Source: an uncultured Gemmatimonadales bacterium | GTDB lineage: Bacteria > Gemmatimonadota > Gemmatimonadetes > Gemmatimonadales > GWC2-71-9 | Assembly (NCBI GenBank): GCA_963828735.1 | Contig: CAWHFW010000005.1 | Span: 896,001 to 960,000 of the forward strand | Direction: 5' to 3' | DNA: 64,000 nt | Shown here: piece by piece, positions 48,329-57,124 of the stretch | Layout of the letters: each line of letters begins with the position of its first letter | How positions within the stretch are numbered: position 1 is the first letter of the stretch | Notes under the pieces: model-generated | What the model was told of the DNA's origin: nothing | Database searches by the model: none | Seen by the model: only the letters and a program-made list of their open reading frames with translations | Position numbers and translations under genes: made by a program

Positions 48329-50209
48329 TCACCGTTTCCGGCGCGCCACCGCCGTCGCACGCACCGCCCCGGTCGCACGCTTTCCCGCATCCTTCACGGC
48401 CGCCTCGATCCGCTGCTCGCCCGCTGCCGGGCCCAGTACCCACCGCACTGCCACGCGGCCGGCGCTGTCGGCCCGCGCTCGCGCGGGCGTCACGTTGCCG
48501 GACTTCGCGGCGAACGTCACCAGCGCGCCCGCGACCGGGTTTCCGAAGGCATCGACTACGAACGCCTCGACCGGATGCTCGATGGCCTGCCCCGCCACGG
48601 CCGTCGCCGGAACGCCTTGGAGCGTCAGCTTGGCCACGGGACCCGGCCGGGCAACGGCTGTGAGCTCCACGGGCCGCTCCACCCCCTCCGCGGACGCCGA
48701 GAGGCGCTGTGCGCCGGCCGCCGCGCCTAGTGTCCAGGCGATGCCGGCGCGGCCGGTCGAGTCGCTCGGGATCACGCGCTCACGCACGGAGCCGCTCGCG
48801 GGGCGCACGGTGATCCTCACACCCGGCACCGGATTGCCGGCCCGGTCGCTCACGCGGAGCTCGACCGCCGTGGCCAGCGGCTGTCCGACCGTGCCACGCG
48901 GCGCCGCGCCGCGGACCAGGGCGAGCGTCGCCGGCGCTCCGGCCCGCGCCACCGCCTCGATCGCGAGCCGCGGCGCGCCGCGACCGCCGCCGACCTGAGC
49001 CCACGCGCGCTGCGCGCCTGCGTGTGAGCCCAGCGTCCATCGCGCGCGCGCCTCGCCGAGAGAATCGGTCCGCGAGCTCTCGCCAACCATACTCCCGCCG
49101 TCCTCCGCGCTCCACGCGACCAGCACGTCCGCCAGCGGACTTCCCGTGGAATCGCTCACCCGCACCGCGACCGGATCGTCCAGGGGCTGGCCGACAATCG
49201 CGCCCGCCGATGGGCCGACGGTGGCGAGCCGCGTATTCTCGGCGAGGGGGTCCGCGTCGGCGGTGACGGCCGTGGCGACCGACGAGCGGCTCTCCACGGC
49301 CAGCGTCAACCGTTGGCGCCCCGGTTGTGTCCCGAGGATCCACGAGGCTCGCACCAGGCCTTCCGCGTCGGACGTATCGGAGGTGTGCTCGACGCGCCCG
49401 GTGCTGTCGGCCACGCTGAACCGCACGGACACGCCGACGAGGGGGCGGCCCCCGCGCGAGACGATCTGCGCGCGTACCGGCGTCGCGAGGCGCCGGCCCA
49501 CCTGCGCCCGCTGGCCATCGCCGGCCTGAATGGTGATGGTGGCCGCGACCGGATAGACCTCGAGCGGGAGCTCCGCCGTGAGATCGCCGTCGGAAGCGAC
49601 GAGCGTCGTGCGCCCGGCCGCGACTGCGCTCACGCGTGCCGCGGTATCGACAGCGGCGACGGATGGATCGGCGGAGCGCCACGCGATGGCTTGACCGGGC
49701 ACCGCATGCTGCCGGGCGTCCACCACCCGTGCGACGAGGCGCAGGGTCGTGTCCTCGGGGAGACGGAGCAGCGTATCGCCGTAGATGCGAATCGCCGCCG
49801 GCCGCGGGCGCACCACGATGCGAGCCTGCGCGATCCGTCCCCCCGCCGCGGCCACTACCGTCGCCGCCCCGGGCGCGCGCGACACGACCGCCCCGGCACT
49901 GTCCACGGAGATCACGGAGGTATCGGTGCTGGTCCATCCCACCCGCACGCCCGGGAGCACACTGCCATGCGCGTCAGTGATGGTGGTGGCGAGCTGCAGG
50001 GTGTCGCCCAGCGACCAGGCGGTGTCGGCGGCCGGGGCGACCCCGATCCAGCGCACGTCGGCACCGGCGATGGACCGCACCGAGGAGAGGATCGAGACGA
50101 GGGCGGCACCCGCCGACAGCGAGCCCGCCCCCCACTTCCACGCCCGGACGATCCAGGGCGACCGCGCGTCAAGCACGGCCGCGCTTCGTCTCGACGAGAC
50201 CGAGGTCAC
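48329..50209 (-). CDS. Membrane-anchored surface protein with tandem Ig-like (Big_2 and invasin/Big_1-type) repeats
   Basis: N-terminal hydrophobic anchor; WTSTDTSVISV and WRSADPSVAAV; four units ending D-x-x-G-x-x-x-x-x-W-x-LG. Confidence 0.8.
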   Translation of the reverse strand: MTSVSSRRSAAVLDARSPWIVRAWKWGAGSLSAGAALVSILSSVRSIAGADVRWIGVAPAADTAWSLGDTLQLATTITDAHGSVLPGVRVGWTSTDTSVISVDSAGAVVSRAPGAATVVAAAGGRIAQARIVVRPRPAAIRIYGDTLLRLPEDTTLRLVARVVDARQHAVPGQAIAWRSADPSVAAVDTAARVSAVAAGRTTLVASDGDLTAELPLEVYPVAATITIQAGDGQRAQVGRRLATPVRAQIVSRGGRPLVGVSVRFSVADSTGRVEHTSDTSDAEGLVRASWILGTQPGRQRLTLAVESRSSVATAVTADADPLAENTRLATVGPSAGAIVGQPLDDPVAVRVSDSTGSPLADVLVAWSAEDGGSMVGESSRTDSLGEARARWTLGSHAGAQRAWAQVGGGRGAPRLAIEAVARAGAPATLALVRGAAPRGTVGQPLATAVELRVSDRAGNPVPGVRITVRPASGSVRERVIPSDSTGRAGIAWTLGAAAGAQRLSASAEGVERPVELTAVARPGPVAKLTLQGVPATAVAGQAIEHPVEAFVVDAFGNPVAGALVTFAAKSGNVTPARARADSAGRVAVRWVLGPAAGEQRIEAAVKDAGKRATGAVRATAVARRKR

Positions 50210-50210
50210 G

Positions 50211-50627
50211 CTACTGCATCCGGTCGCACAAGGGGATGCCTTCCTCGCCAGCCATCTCGCGGTCCTCGTCGGTCCGCGGCGCCTCGGCCTTGTCGAGCGA
50301 GCCCACGAAGACGACGCAGCTGCGTCCCGGCTGGTTCTGGTGCGTGGCTTTGGCCTGCCACCCGCTGTCGCCGGCGAGCAGGATCTCCACGCGCACGCCG
50401 TAGTCGGGCCGCACGTCGAGACCGTCCGCCGACGACGCATAGATGCCATGGGCGGCGCGATAGCGCTCCTGGGCGGCGGCAACCGAGCGCAGGGCGCCCT
50501 TCAGCACGGATGCCGGCGTGGCCTGCCAAGCGGCGGCTACGCTGTTCTGCGCGGCAAGCGCGCCCGCCCCGCCGAGCGATGTCGCGGCGAGCAGCGCCAG
50601 CATGAGCGAAACCCTGCGGGTCGACAT
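50211..50627 (-). CDS. Secreted pilin-like protein without class III signal peptide
   Basis: SD GGAGG; Sec signal; LRSVAAAQERY...GIYAS helix motif; GWQAKATH; C-terminal Cys pair. Confidence 0.65.
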   Translation of the reverse strand: MSTRRVSLMLALLAATSLGGAGALAAQNSVAAAWQATPASVLKGALRSVAAAQERYRAAHGIYASSADGLDVRPDYGVRVEILLAGDSGWQAKATHQNQPGRSCVVFVGSLDKAEAPRTDEDREMAGEEGIPLCDRMQ

Positions 50628-50976
50628 ACGTCCTCCCTGCATTGGCGAACGTGGGGCAGGTGGCCAGAGATCATAGGAGGCCAGTTGATACTGCCGGGCG
50701 CCCTTCCGCCACGCAATCCGCAGGATCCGGACAGCGTTCAATCCATTGTCGGTACCGACTGCAGGGAATGCCGAGGGGGACGGATGTTGGCGGGGGGACG
50801 AGACTTACAATACTGCAAAGGCGTGCGCGTTTGGGCTCGACCGTCGGCGCCTGGTTGGGGGAGAGCGACTACGCGGCCCGGTTGATGAGGTCGTGTGCTT
50901 CCTCGACGACCGCGCGACTCTCGACCGGGTCCCGCTCGAGGGCGGCGAAAGCTCGACCGACTTGCCGGCGGACTCC

Positions 50977-51002
50977 TACATCGCGCGATTACATCGCGCG
51001 AT
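50977..51002. repeat. 13-bp tandem duplication at the 3' end of the ETF-QO gene
   Basis: TACATCGCGCGAT x2, each containing the palindrome ATCGCGCGAT. Confidence 0.8.
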
Positions 51003-52644
51003 ACTTCGGCCCGCTTCCGCCCTCGCGCGGCGTCCACCGGGGGCCGAGCACGTCGGTGGCCTTGCAGTCGATGCAATTGGGCGGGTTGACCCTGAGCTCG
51101 TCGCCCACCCGCTCGTAGACGCCGGCGGGACAGACGTGCGAATAAAAGTCCGCGACCTCCGGGTGAATGTCGCGCCCGAGGAGGAGATGCGAGGGAATCG
51201 TGTCTCGCGTCGCGTTGCCCGATTTGAACACCGCGTCCAACTTGCTGAACGTGAGCCGGCCATCGGGCGTGAAGCGGGTGGGCGCGCTCACCGTTCGCCC
51301 GGTGCGCGCGTCCTCCTCCATGGAGATCATGCCGCCGGGAAATCGGCCGGCCGTGAGGGTCATCAATCCCGCCTTCACGCCGCCAGCGTACAGCCCGTTC
51401 TTGAATGCGAGTCGCATGTTGCGGGTGCGATGCAGGTCGGCGAGGACATAGCTGCCCTCCAGCGCGTGATCGTACGCCGCCAGCGCGCCGGCCGACACGT
51501 CACCGCGCTTGAGCGCCGCGTAGGCCGCACGCGCCGCGTAGATCCCCGACTGCATCGCGTAGTGGATTCCCTTGAGCGACGGCACGTCCACCAGCCCCAG
51601 CGTGTCGCCCACGAAGAGCACGCCCTCGCCGCTCCGGCGCACGGGCAGCGCGTAATACCCGCCTTCGGGGATCGTCTTGGCGCCCCACTCGATCAGCTGG
51701 CCACCCTCGAGCTGCCGCCGGAAAAGCGGATGCAGCTTCATTCGCTGCAGCAGCTCGTGCACGTCGAGGTTCGAGTCGTGGTAGTCGAGCCCGACCACGA
51801 GTCCGAGCGCGACCTGGGACTGGCCGAGCGGATACATGAAGCTCCCGCCGAAAGCATCCGGCGGCAGCGGCCAGCCGAGCGTATGGACGACGGCGCCGAG
51901 TGGACGCGGCACCTCCCACAGCTCCTTCACGCCGAGCGCGAACAGCTGCGGATTGGGCGACGAGACGTGCTGCCATTCGCGCCATGCCTGGCCGAGCAGC
52001 CCACGGGTCCCTTCCGCCACGACCGTCACCTTCGCGGTGAGGTCAGTGGGCTCGGTGAAATTGGCGCCCCGCGTGCCGTCACGCGCGAGGCCCGAGGGCG
52101 TGGTCCGCACGCCGCGCACCGCCTGCCCGTTCACCAGCAGTGCGTCCACCGGGAAGCCGGCGAACAGGTTCACGCCGAGGCCCTCGGCGCGGTCGCCGAG
52201 CCATCGGACGATCTCGCAGAGCGATGCGGTGTAGAAGCCGCGATTGTGCATGGTCGGCGGCGTCGGGATCCGCTGGGCCCGGCGCTCGGTCATGAAGTAG
52301 ACCGCCTCGTTGGGCACAGCCTGGCGGAAGGGAAGGTCGGACGGCTTCACATCGGGACACAGCTCGCGAAATGCGCGTGGATTGACCACCGCGCCGGAGA
52401 GACTGTGCTCGCCCAGGCTCTCGGCCTTCTCGAGCACCCCCACGTTGAGCTCGGGCAGGCCGCCGCCCGCTTCCCGATCGCGCTTCGCCAGCTGGGCCAG
52501 CTCGATCGCGCAGGCCAGTCCGGCGGGGCCGGCGCCGACGATCAGCACATCCATCTCGATCGCTTCGGCGCCCGGCGGATCGCGGAGAATGACGCGCTCG
52601 ACAGGCAGCGGCGGCTGGTGGATGATCGGGAGAATGGTTGACAC
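50989..52644 (-). CDS. ETF:quinone oxidoreductase (FixC/FixX-fused type)
   Basis: VGAGPAGL, LSGAV, GVKELW, GAKTIPEGG, KGIHYAM, CPAGVYE; SD GGAGGAG. Confidence 0.93.
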   Translation of the reverse strand: MSTILPIIHQPPLPVERVILRDPPGAEAIEMDVLIVGAGPAGLACAIELAQLAKRDREAGGGLPELNVGVLEKAESLGEHSLSGAVVNPRAFRELCPDVKPSDLPFRQAVPNEAVYFMTERRAQRIPTPPTMHNRGFYTASLCEIVRWLGDRAEGLGVNLFAGFPVDALLVNGQAVRGVRTTPSGLARDGTRGANFTEPTDLTAKVTVVAEGTRGLLGQAWREWQHVSSPNPQLFALGVKELWEVPRPLGAVVHTLGWPLPPDAFGGSFMYPLGQSQVALGLVVGLDYHDSNLDVHELLQRMKLHPLFRRQLEGGQLIEWGAKTIPEGGYYALPVRRSGEGVLFVGDTLGLVDVPSLKGIHYAMQSGIYAARAAYAALKRGDVSAGALAAYDHALEGSYVLADLHRTRNMRLAFKNGLYAGGVKAGLMTLTAGRFPGGMISMEEDARTGRTVSAPTRFTPDGRLTFSKLDAVFKSGNATRDTIPSHLLLGRDIHPEVADFYSHVCPAGVYERVGDELRVNPPNCIDCKATDVLGPRWTPREGGSGPKYRAM

Positions 52645-52753
52645 GACGACTCCTCCAGGTGGTCCGAGCGGCTCGGCAGAATATAACCGCCAGCGGGGAC
52701 TCGCAGGTCGGCGTCGCGCGTCCGTCACACGATCATCCAGCTACTTTTCCCGG

Positions 52754-54013
52754 ATGACGACACCCCCCATTCCCGGCTTCCGTTCCGTCCCGTTCACCGG
52801 CGTCATCTACGTGATGGCCGAAGCCGCGCGCCGCGGCTTTCGCTACGGGCATCCCGACTGGTGCAATCTCGGCCAGGGCCAGCCCGAAACCGGGCCGCTG
52901 CCGGCCGCGCCGCCGCGAGTGCAGCAGGTGCAGATCGGCGTGAACGACCAGGAGTACGCGCCGGTGCCGGGGATCTGGGAGCTGCGCCGCGCCGTGGCCG
53001 AGCTGTACAACACCCTGTACCGGCAGGGGAAGCGGTCACAGTACACCGAGCTGAACGTCTGCATCTGCGGTGGGGGGCGCGCGTCGCTCACCCGCGCGGT
53101 CGCGGCTCTCGGCGAGGTGAACCTCGGCCATTTCCTGCCCGACTATACGGCGTACGAAGAGCTGCTCGACATCTTCAAGCTGTTCACGTCCATTCCCATC
53201 CTGCTGGACGGTGCCCAACGCTACCACTTCGATCTCGAGGCGCTCGAGCGCGAGATCACAGGCCGCGGTCTCTCCGCGCTGCTCCTGTCCAACCCGTGCA
53301 ACCCGACTGGCAAGGTGATTCACGGCGACGAGCTCGCGGCATGGGTCGGGCTCGCGCGCGAGGTCGGCTGCTCGCTCCTCGTCGACGAATTCTACTCGCA
53401 CTACATCTGGACCGAGACGGCGGATGACTCGGGAATGGTCTCGGCGGCGCGATACGTGGAGGACGTGGATGCCGACCCCGTCGTGCTCTTCGATGGCCTG
53501 ACGAAGAACTGGCGCTACCCGGGGTGGCGCATCACCTGGATCGTCGGACCGCACGCGGTGATCGAGGCGGTCTCGAGCAGCGGGTCGTTCCTCGACGGGG
53601 GTGGCAGCAAGCCGCTCCAACGTTCGGCTGTCCCGCTGCTCGATCCCGCCGTGGCATGCGCCGAGGCCGCCGCCATCCGGCAGGTTTTCCTTCGGAAGCG
53701 GAGGATCCTGGGCGACGGGCTTCGCGACGCGGGGGTGCGCTTCGACCTCGAGCCCGAGGGGACGTTCTACTGGTGGGGCGACGTCTCGGCACTGCCGCCG
53801 TCGCTCAATACGGGGATGGCGTTCTTCCAGCGCGCGCTCGAGCGGCAGGTCATATGTGTGCCGGGAGAGTTCTTCGACGTGAATCCCGGCAAGCGCCGGA
53901 GCGGGCGGCCGTCGAGGTTCCGGAACTACGTGCGGTTCTCGTTCGGGCCCGAGGAGCGGGCCGTCACGGAAGGCGTGCGTCGGATTCAGGAGATGGTGCA
54001 GGCAGGGAGCTGA
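52754..54013 (+). CDS. PLP-dependent aminotransferase class I/II
   Basis: NLGQGQPE, SNPCNPTG, DEFY, GLTKNWRYPGWR, VRFSFG. Confidence 0.92.
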   Translation: MTTPPIPGFRSVPFTGVIYVMAEAARRGFRYGHPDWCNLGQGQPETGPLPAAPPRVQQVQIGVNDQEYAPVPGIWELRRAVAELYNTLYRQGKRSQYTELNVCICGGGRASLTRAVAALGEVNLGHFLPDYTAYEELLDIFKLFTSIPILLDGAQRYHFDLEALEREITGRGLSALLLSNPCNPTGKVIHGDELAAWVGLAREVGCSLLVDEFYSHYIWTETADDSGMVSAARYVEDVDADPVVLFDGLTKNWRYPGWRITWIVGPHAVIEAVSSSGSFLDGGGSKPLQRSAVPLLDPAVACAEAAAIRQVFLRKRRILGDGLRDAGVRFDLEPEGTFYWWGDVSALPPSLNTGMAFFQRALERQVICVPGEFFDVNPGKRRSGRPSRFRNYVRFSFGPEERAVTEGVRRIQEMVQAGS

Positions 54014-54097
54014 GCGGCCGAACGGAAGGCAAAGACAATCCGGGACTCTCATCCCGCCGGAGCGAGCCTCGACCCGCGCGGGCCGAGCGCCGAGCCG

Positions 54098-55081
54098 TCA
54101 GGTCGAGCGCGCCTTCCGCACCTCGTCGGTCAACCGCGGCACCACGTCGAACAGGTCACCCACGATCCCGTAGTCCGCGATCTTGAAGATCGGCGCGTCC
54201 TTGTCCTTGTTGATCGCGACGATCGTCTTCGCCGTGCGCATCCCCGCCAGATGCTGGATCGCGCCCGAGATGCCCACGGCCACGTAGAGATCGGGACTCA
54301 CCACCCGTCCCGTCTGACCGATCTGATCGGTAGGCGGACGCCAGCCGTCGTCGGTGACGGCCCGCGTGGCCCCCACGGCGGCATTGCCGAAAGCGGCGGC
54401 GAGATCCTCCACCAATTTGAAATTTTCCGCGGCCCGGAGACCGCGCCCGCCACTCACGATGACCGGTGCTTCGCCGAGATCCAGCGTGGCCGCCGGTTGC
54501 TGAGCGAGCTCGGTCACGACCACTCGCGCCGACGCGGGATCGCCGACTGGCGCGATGGTCTCGATCCGCGCTGTGCGCGGGTGCTCGGTCGCCGGGATGG
54601 CCCCGGGCCGAAGCGAGACGATGGCCGGAGTGCCGGTGAGCCGCAGGGTCACGATCACCTTCCCCGTGTATGCGGGGTGCTGCGCGAGCACCGCATCATC
54701 ACGCATCTCGAACGAGATCACGTCCGAGGCGAGTCCGACGCCGACTCGTGCCGCCACCCGCGGCGCCAGGTCGCGCCCCTCGGCCGAGGCCGAGAAGAAG
54801 GCGACGCGGTAGGACCCACCTTTGAGTCGCTCGGCCGCGGTGGCCGCGAACGTTTCGGGTGCGTAACGATCGAGTCCGGCGTGCTCGACCACGGCTACGA
54901 CGTCCGCCCCGAACCGCCCCAACGCCTCCGCATGCGCCGCGATGCCCGGGGCACCAACCACCAGCGCGTGGACCTGACCGCCCATCGCGTCGGCCGCGCG
55001 ACGCGCCGCCGCGACCGTTTCGAAGGCCACCTTGCGAAGCTCGCCGCCCCGCGATTCCGCGAAGGCGAACATGTCGGCCAT
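54098..55081 (-). CDS. etfA: Electron transfer flavoprotein alpha subunit
   Basis: [33 protein letters not shown]. Confidence 0.96.
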   Translation of the reverse strand: MADMFAFAESRGGELRKVAFETVAAARRAADAMGGQVHALVVGAPGIAAHAEALGRFGADVVAVVEHAGLDRYAPETFAATAAERLKGGSYRVAFFSASAEGRDLAPRVAARVGVGLASDVISFEMRDDAVLAQHPAYTGKVIVTLRLTGTPAIVSLRPGAIPATEHPRTARIETIAPVGDPASARVVVTELAQQPAATLDLGEAPVIVSGGRGLRAAENFKLVEDLAAAFGNAAVGATRAVTDDGWRPPTDQIGQTGRVVSPDLYVAVGISGAIQHLAGMRTAKTIVAINKDKDAPIFKIADYGIVGDLFDVVPRLTDEVRKARST

Positions 55082-55833
55082 CAGAGGACCTTCGCTTCCG
55101 TGCGAAGCCGCCGCACCAGCTCGGGGACCGCGTCGGGCCCTTCCCCGACGAACTTGGGTCCGCTTCGCTCGGCGGGCAGCGCCATCGCCTCGACCGTGAG
55201 CCGCACCTCGCCCAGGGCCGCCGGGCGCACGTCCAGCGGCTTCTTCTTCGCGGCCATGATGCCCTTGAGCGTCGCGAGGCGCGGCCGCGCGATGCCTTCA
55301 TCGATCGAGAGCACGGCTGGGAGGGGGAACTGCACCGTCTCCGCCGCGCCCTCGAGATCGCGCCGCGCGATGCCGCGGCCGGCCGAGACCTCGAGATGCG
55401 AGATGGACGTGACGCAGGGGAGATCGAGCAGCTCCGCCACCATCGGGCCGACGGTGCCGCTGGCGGTGTCGGTCGCCATGCGACCGAACAGGATGAGATC
55501 GAATCCACTGGCGGAGAGCTCGGCGGCCAGCGCGCGCGCCACGGCGAGGCCGTCCACGGGCACGTCGTCCGCCTTGAGCTGCACGGCGCGCGAGGCGCCC
55601 ATGGCGAGGCCCTTCCGCAGCGTTTCCTGCACGCCGTCGGGACCGAGCGAGACGAGGACCACCTCACCGCCTCCCTGCTTCTCGACGAGCTGCAGCGCGA
55701 CCTCGAGGGCGTACCCGTCGAAGTCGCTCATGTCGTACTTGAGCCCAGCCTGATCGAGGGACTTGCGGTCGGCCGCGATGTTGAACCGCAGCTCCATGTC
55801 CGGCACCCGCTTGAGGCACACCGCGATCTTCAA
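55081..55833 (-). CDS. etfB: Electron transfer flavoprotein beta subunit
   Basis: VCLKRVPD, ALE, LAMGA, PRLATLKGIMAAKKKP; TTG start with SD GGAG. Confidence 0.95.
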   Translation of the reverse strand: MKIAVCLKRVPDMELRFNIAADRKSLDQAGLKYDMSDFDGYALEVALQLVEKQGGGEVVLVSLGPDGVQETLRKGLAMGASRAVQLKADDVPVDGLAVARALAAELSASGFDLILFGRMATDTASGTVGPMVAELLDLPCVTSISHLEVSAGRGIARRDLEGAAETVQFPLPAVLSIDEGIARPRLATLKGIMAAKKKPLDVRPAALGEVRLTVEAMALPAERSGPKFVGEGPDAVPELVRRLRTEAKVL

Positions 55834-56046
55834 ACCAACGCTCCCGGGAGAGGTCCAACGCCAGCCGGCGAACTGGCCGCAAACCTAGTCGCACCCCGGA
55901 GCGGATGCCAGACGCGTCGCGCGCGGACGGCCGTCTGTTTTTTCGGGGAGCGCCGCTTCGGTGGGACCACCTTGCAGCGGGGCACGGAGCACACTCGAGA
56001 GCGGCACCGCCAGGTGCCAAAGCTGAGGCGTGCTCCCTACCCTGCG

Positions 56047-56919
56047 TCAGCCGTTCACGACCTTCGTGCCCCTCCTGTCCGACCCCGGGCGCACGATCCG
56101 GCGCCGATCCGCTCCCGATCTCGGCGTCCAGCCCTCCTCGAACGCCACGACCCGCGGTGCCGCGACCACGGCGTCGGGGGCGCCAACGACGGTCACGCTC
56201 TGCTCCTGGCCAACGCGGCTCCGGACGCCGTGGGTGCCAAGGCGTGCCAGCAACTGCGCGGCGCGGTCCCGGCCACCCAGCCCGAACGCGAGCCCGGTCG
56301 CGAGGGCCAGCGCGCCGACGACGCCCACCATGAGGGTATTGATCAGCGTCGTGGCGATCCCGAGCTGGTTCACCGCGACCACGACGGCGAACGCCCACAC
56401 TGCGATCTTCGTCGCAGCGGCCAGCACGTCCGCGTTCGCCAGTCCGGCCGAGGTGGCCGACCCCCGAACGATCCGGGAGAGCGCGTTCGCGGCGAGTCCG
56501 CCGATCACGAGCGCCAGGAGACCCACGAGCAGGTTGGGAAGCCAGAAGAGAAGCTGCTGGAAGACGCTCGACACCGCCGGCAGGCCGAGCGCGTCGAAGG
56601 CGACCACCATGGTGAGGAGCCACGCGCACCACTTGGCTACGCTCGCCACGACCGCCGATGCCTCCTGCGTCACGCCCATGTTCTCGACGAAGGCGGCGAA
56701 TCCCGAGCGTCGAGCGAGATCGTTGAAGTGAACGGCGCGCAACAGAGCGACCGTACCCTTGAAGATGAGCGATGCGATCAGCCAACCGATGACGAGTACG
56801 GCCGCGAACGCGATGATCCGGGGAAGTGCCGAGAGGAGGGTCCCGAGCGCGCCGGTGAGAGAGGCGCGAACCGCCTCGCCCAGGCTACGGACCGGGCCCG
56901 CCACCGCCGTGGCTTGCAT
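56047..56919 (-). CDS. CmpX/MscS-type TM-helix-repeat membrane protein
   Basis: Repeated LPRII..VLVIG and LPNLL..ALVIG; LAFGLGGRD; SD GGAGG. Confidence 0.8.
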   Translation of the reverse strand: MQATAVAGPVRSLGEAVRASLTGALGTLLSALPRIIAFAAVLVIGWLIASLIFKGTVALLRAVHFNDLARRSGFAAFVENMGVTQEASAVVASVAKWCAWLLTMVVAFDALGLPAVSSVFQQLLFWLPNLLVGLLALVIGGLAANALSRIVRGSATSAGLANADVLAAATKIAVWAFAVVVAVNQLGIATTLINTLMVGVVGALALATGLAFGLGGRDRAAQLLARLGTHGVRSRVGQEQSVTVVGAPDAVVAAPRVVAFEEGWTPRSGADRRRIVRPGSDRRGTKVVNG

Positions 56920-57124
56920 GGGATGCCTCCGCCGCTGATGAATCGTCCGTCTTGGGGCGACGTGCGTGGCGCCATCCGGCAGAGGCGCCGGCGACGGTAC
57001 TCGATCGCGATCGTCCGCCCCCGCGACGATCGCCGGACCGCCCCCCTGGCGGGGGCGTCCAGGTGGGACACGCACCCATCATAAGGTATCCATCGAGCGC
57101 CTGCGATCCCCGGCCTTGTAGCCT

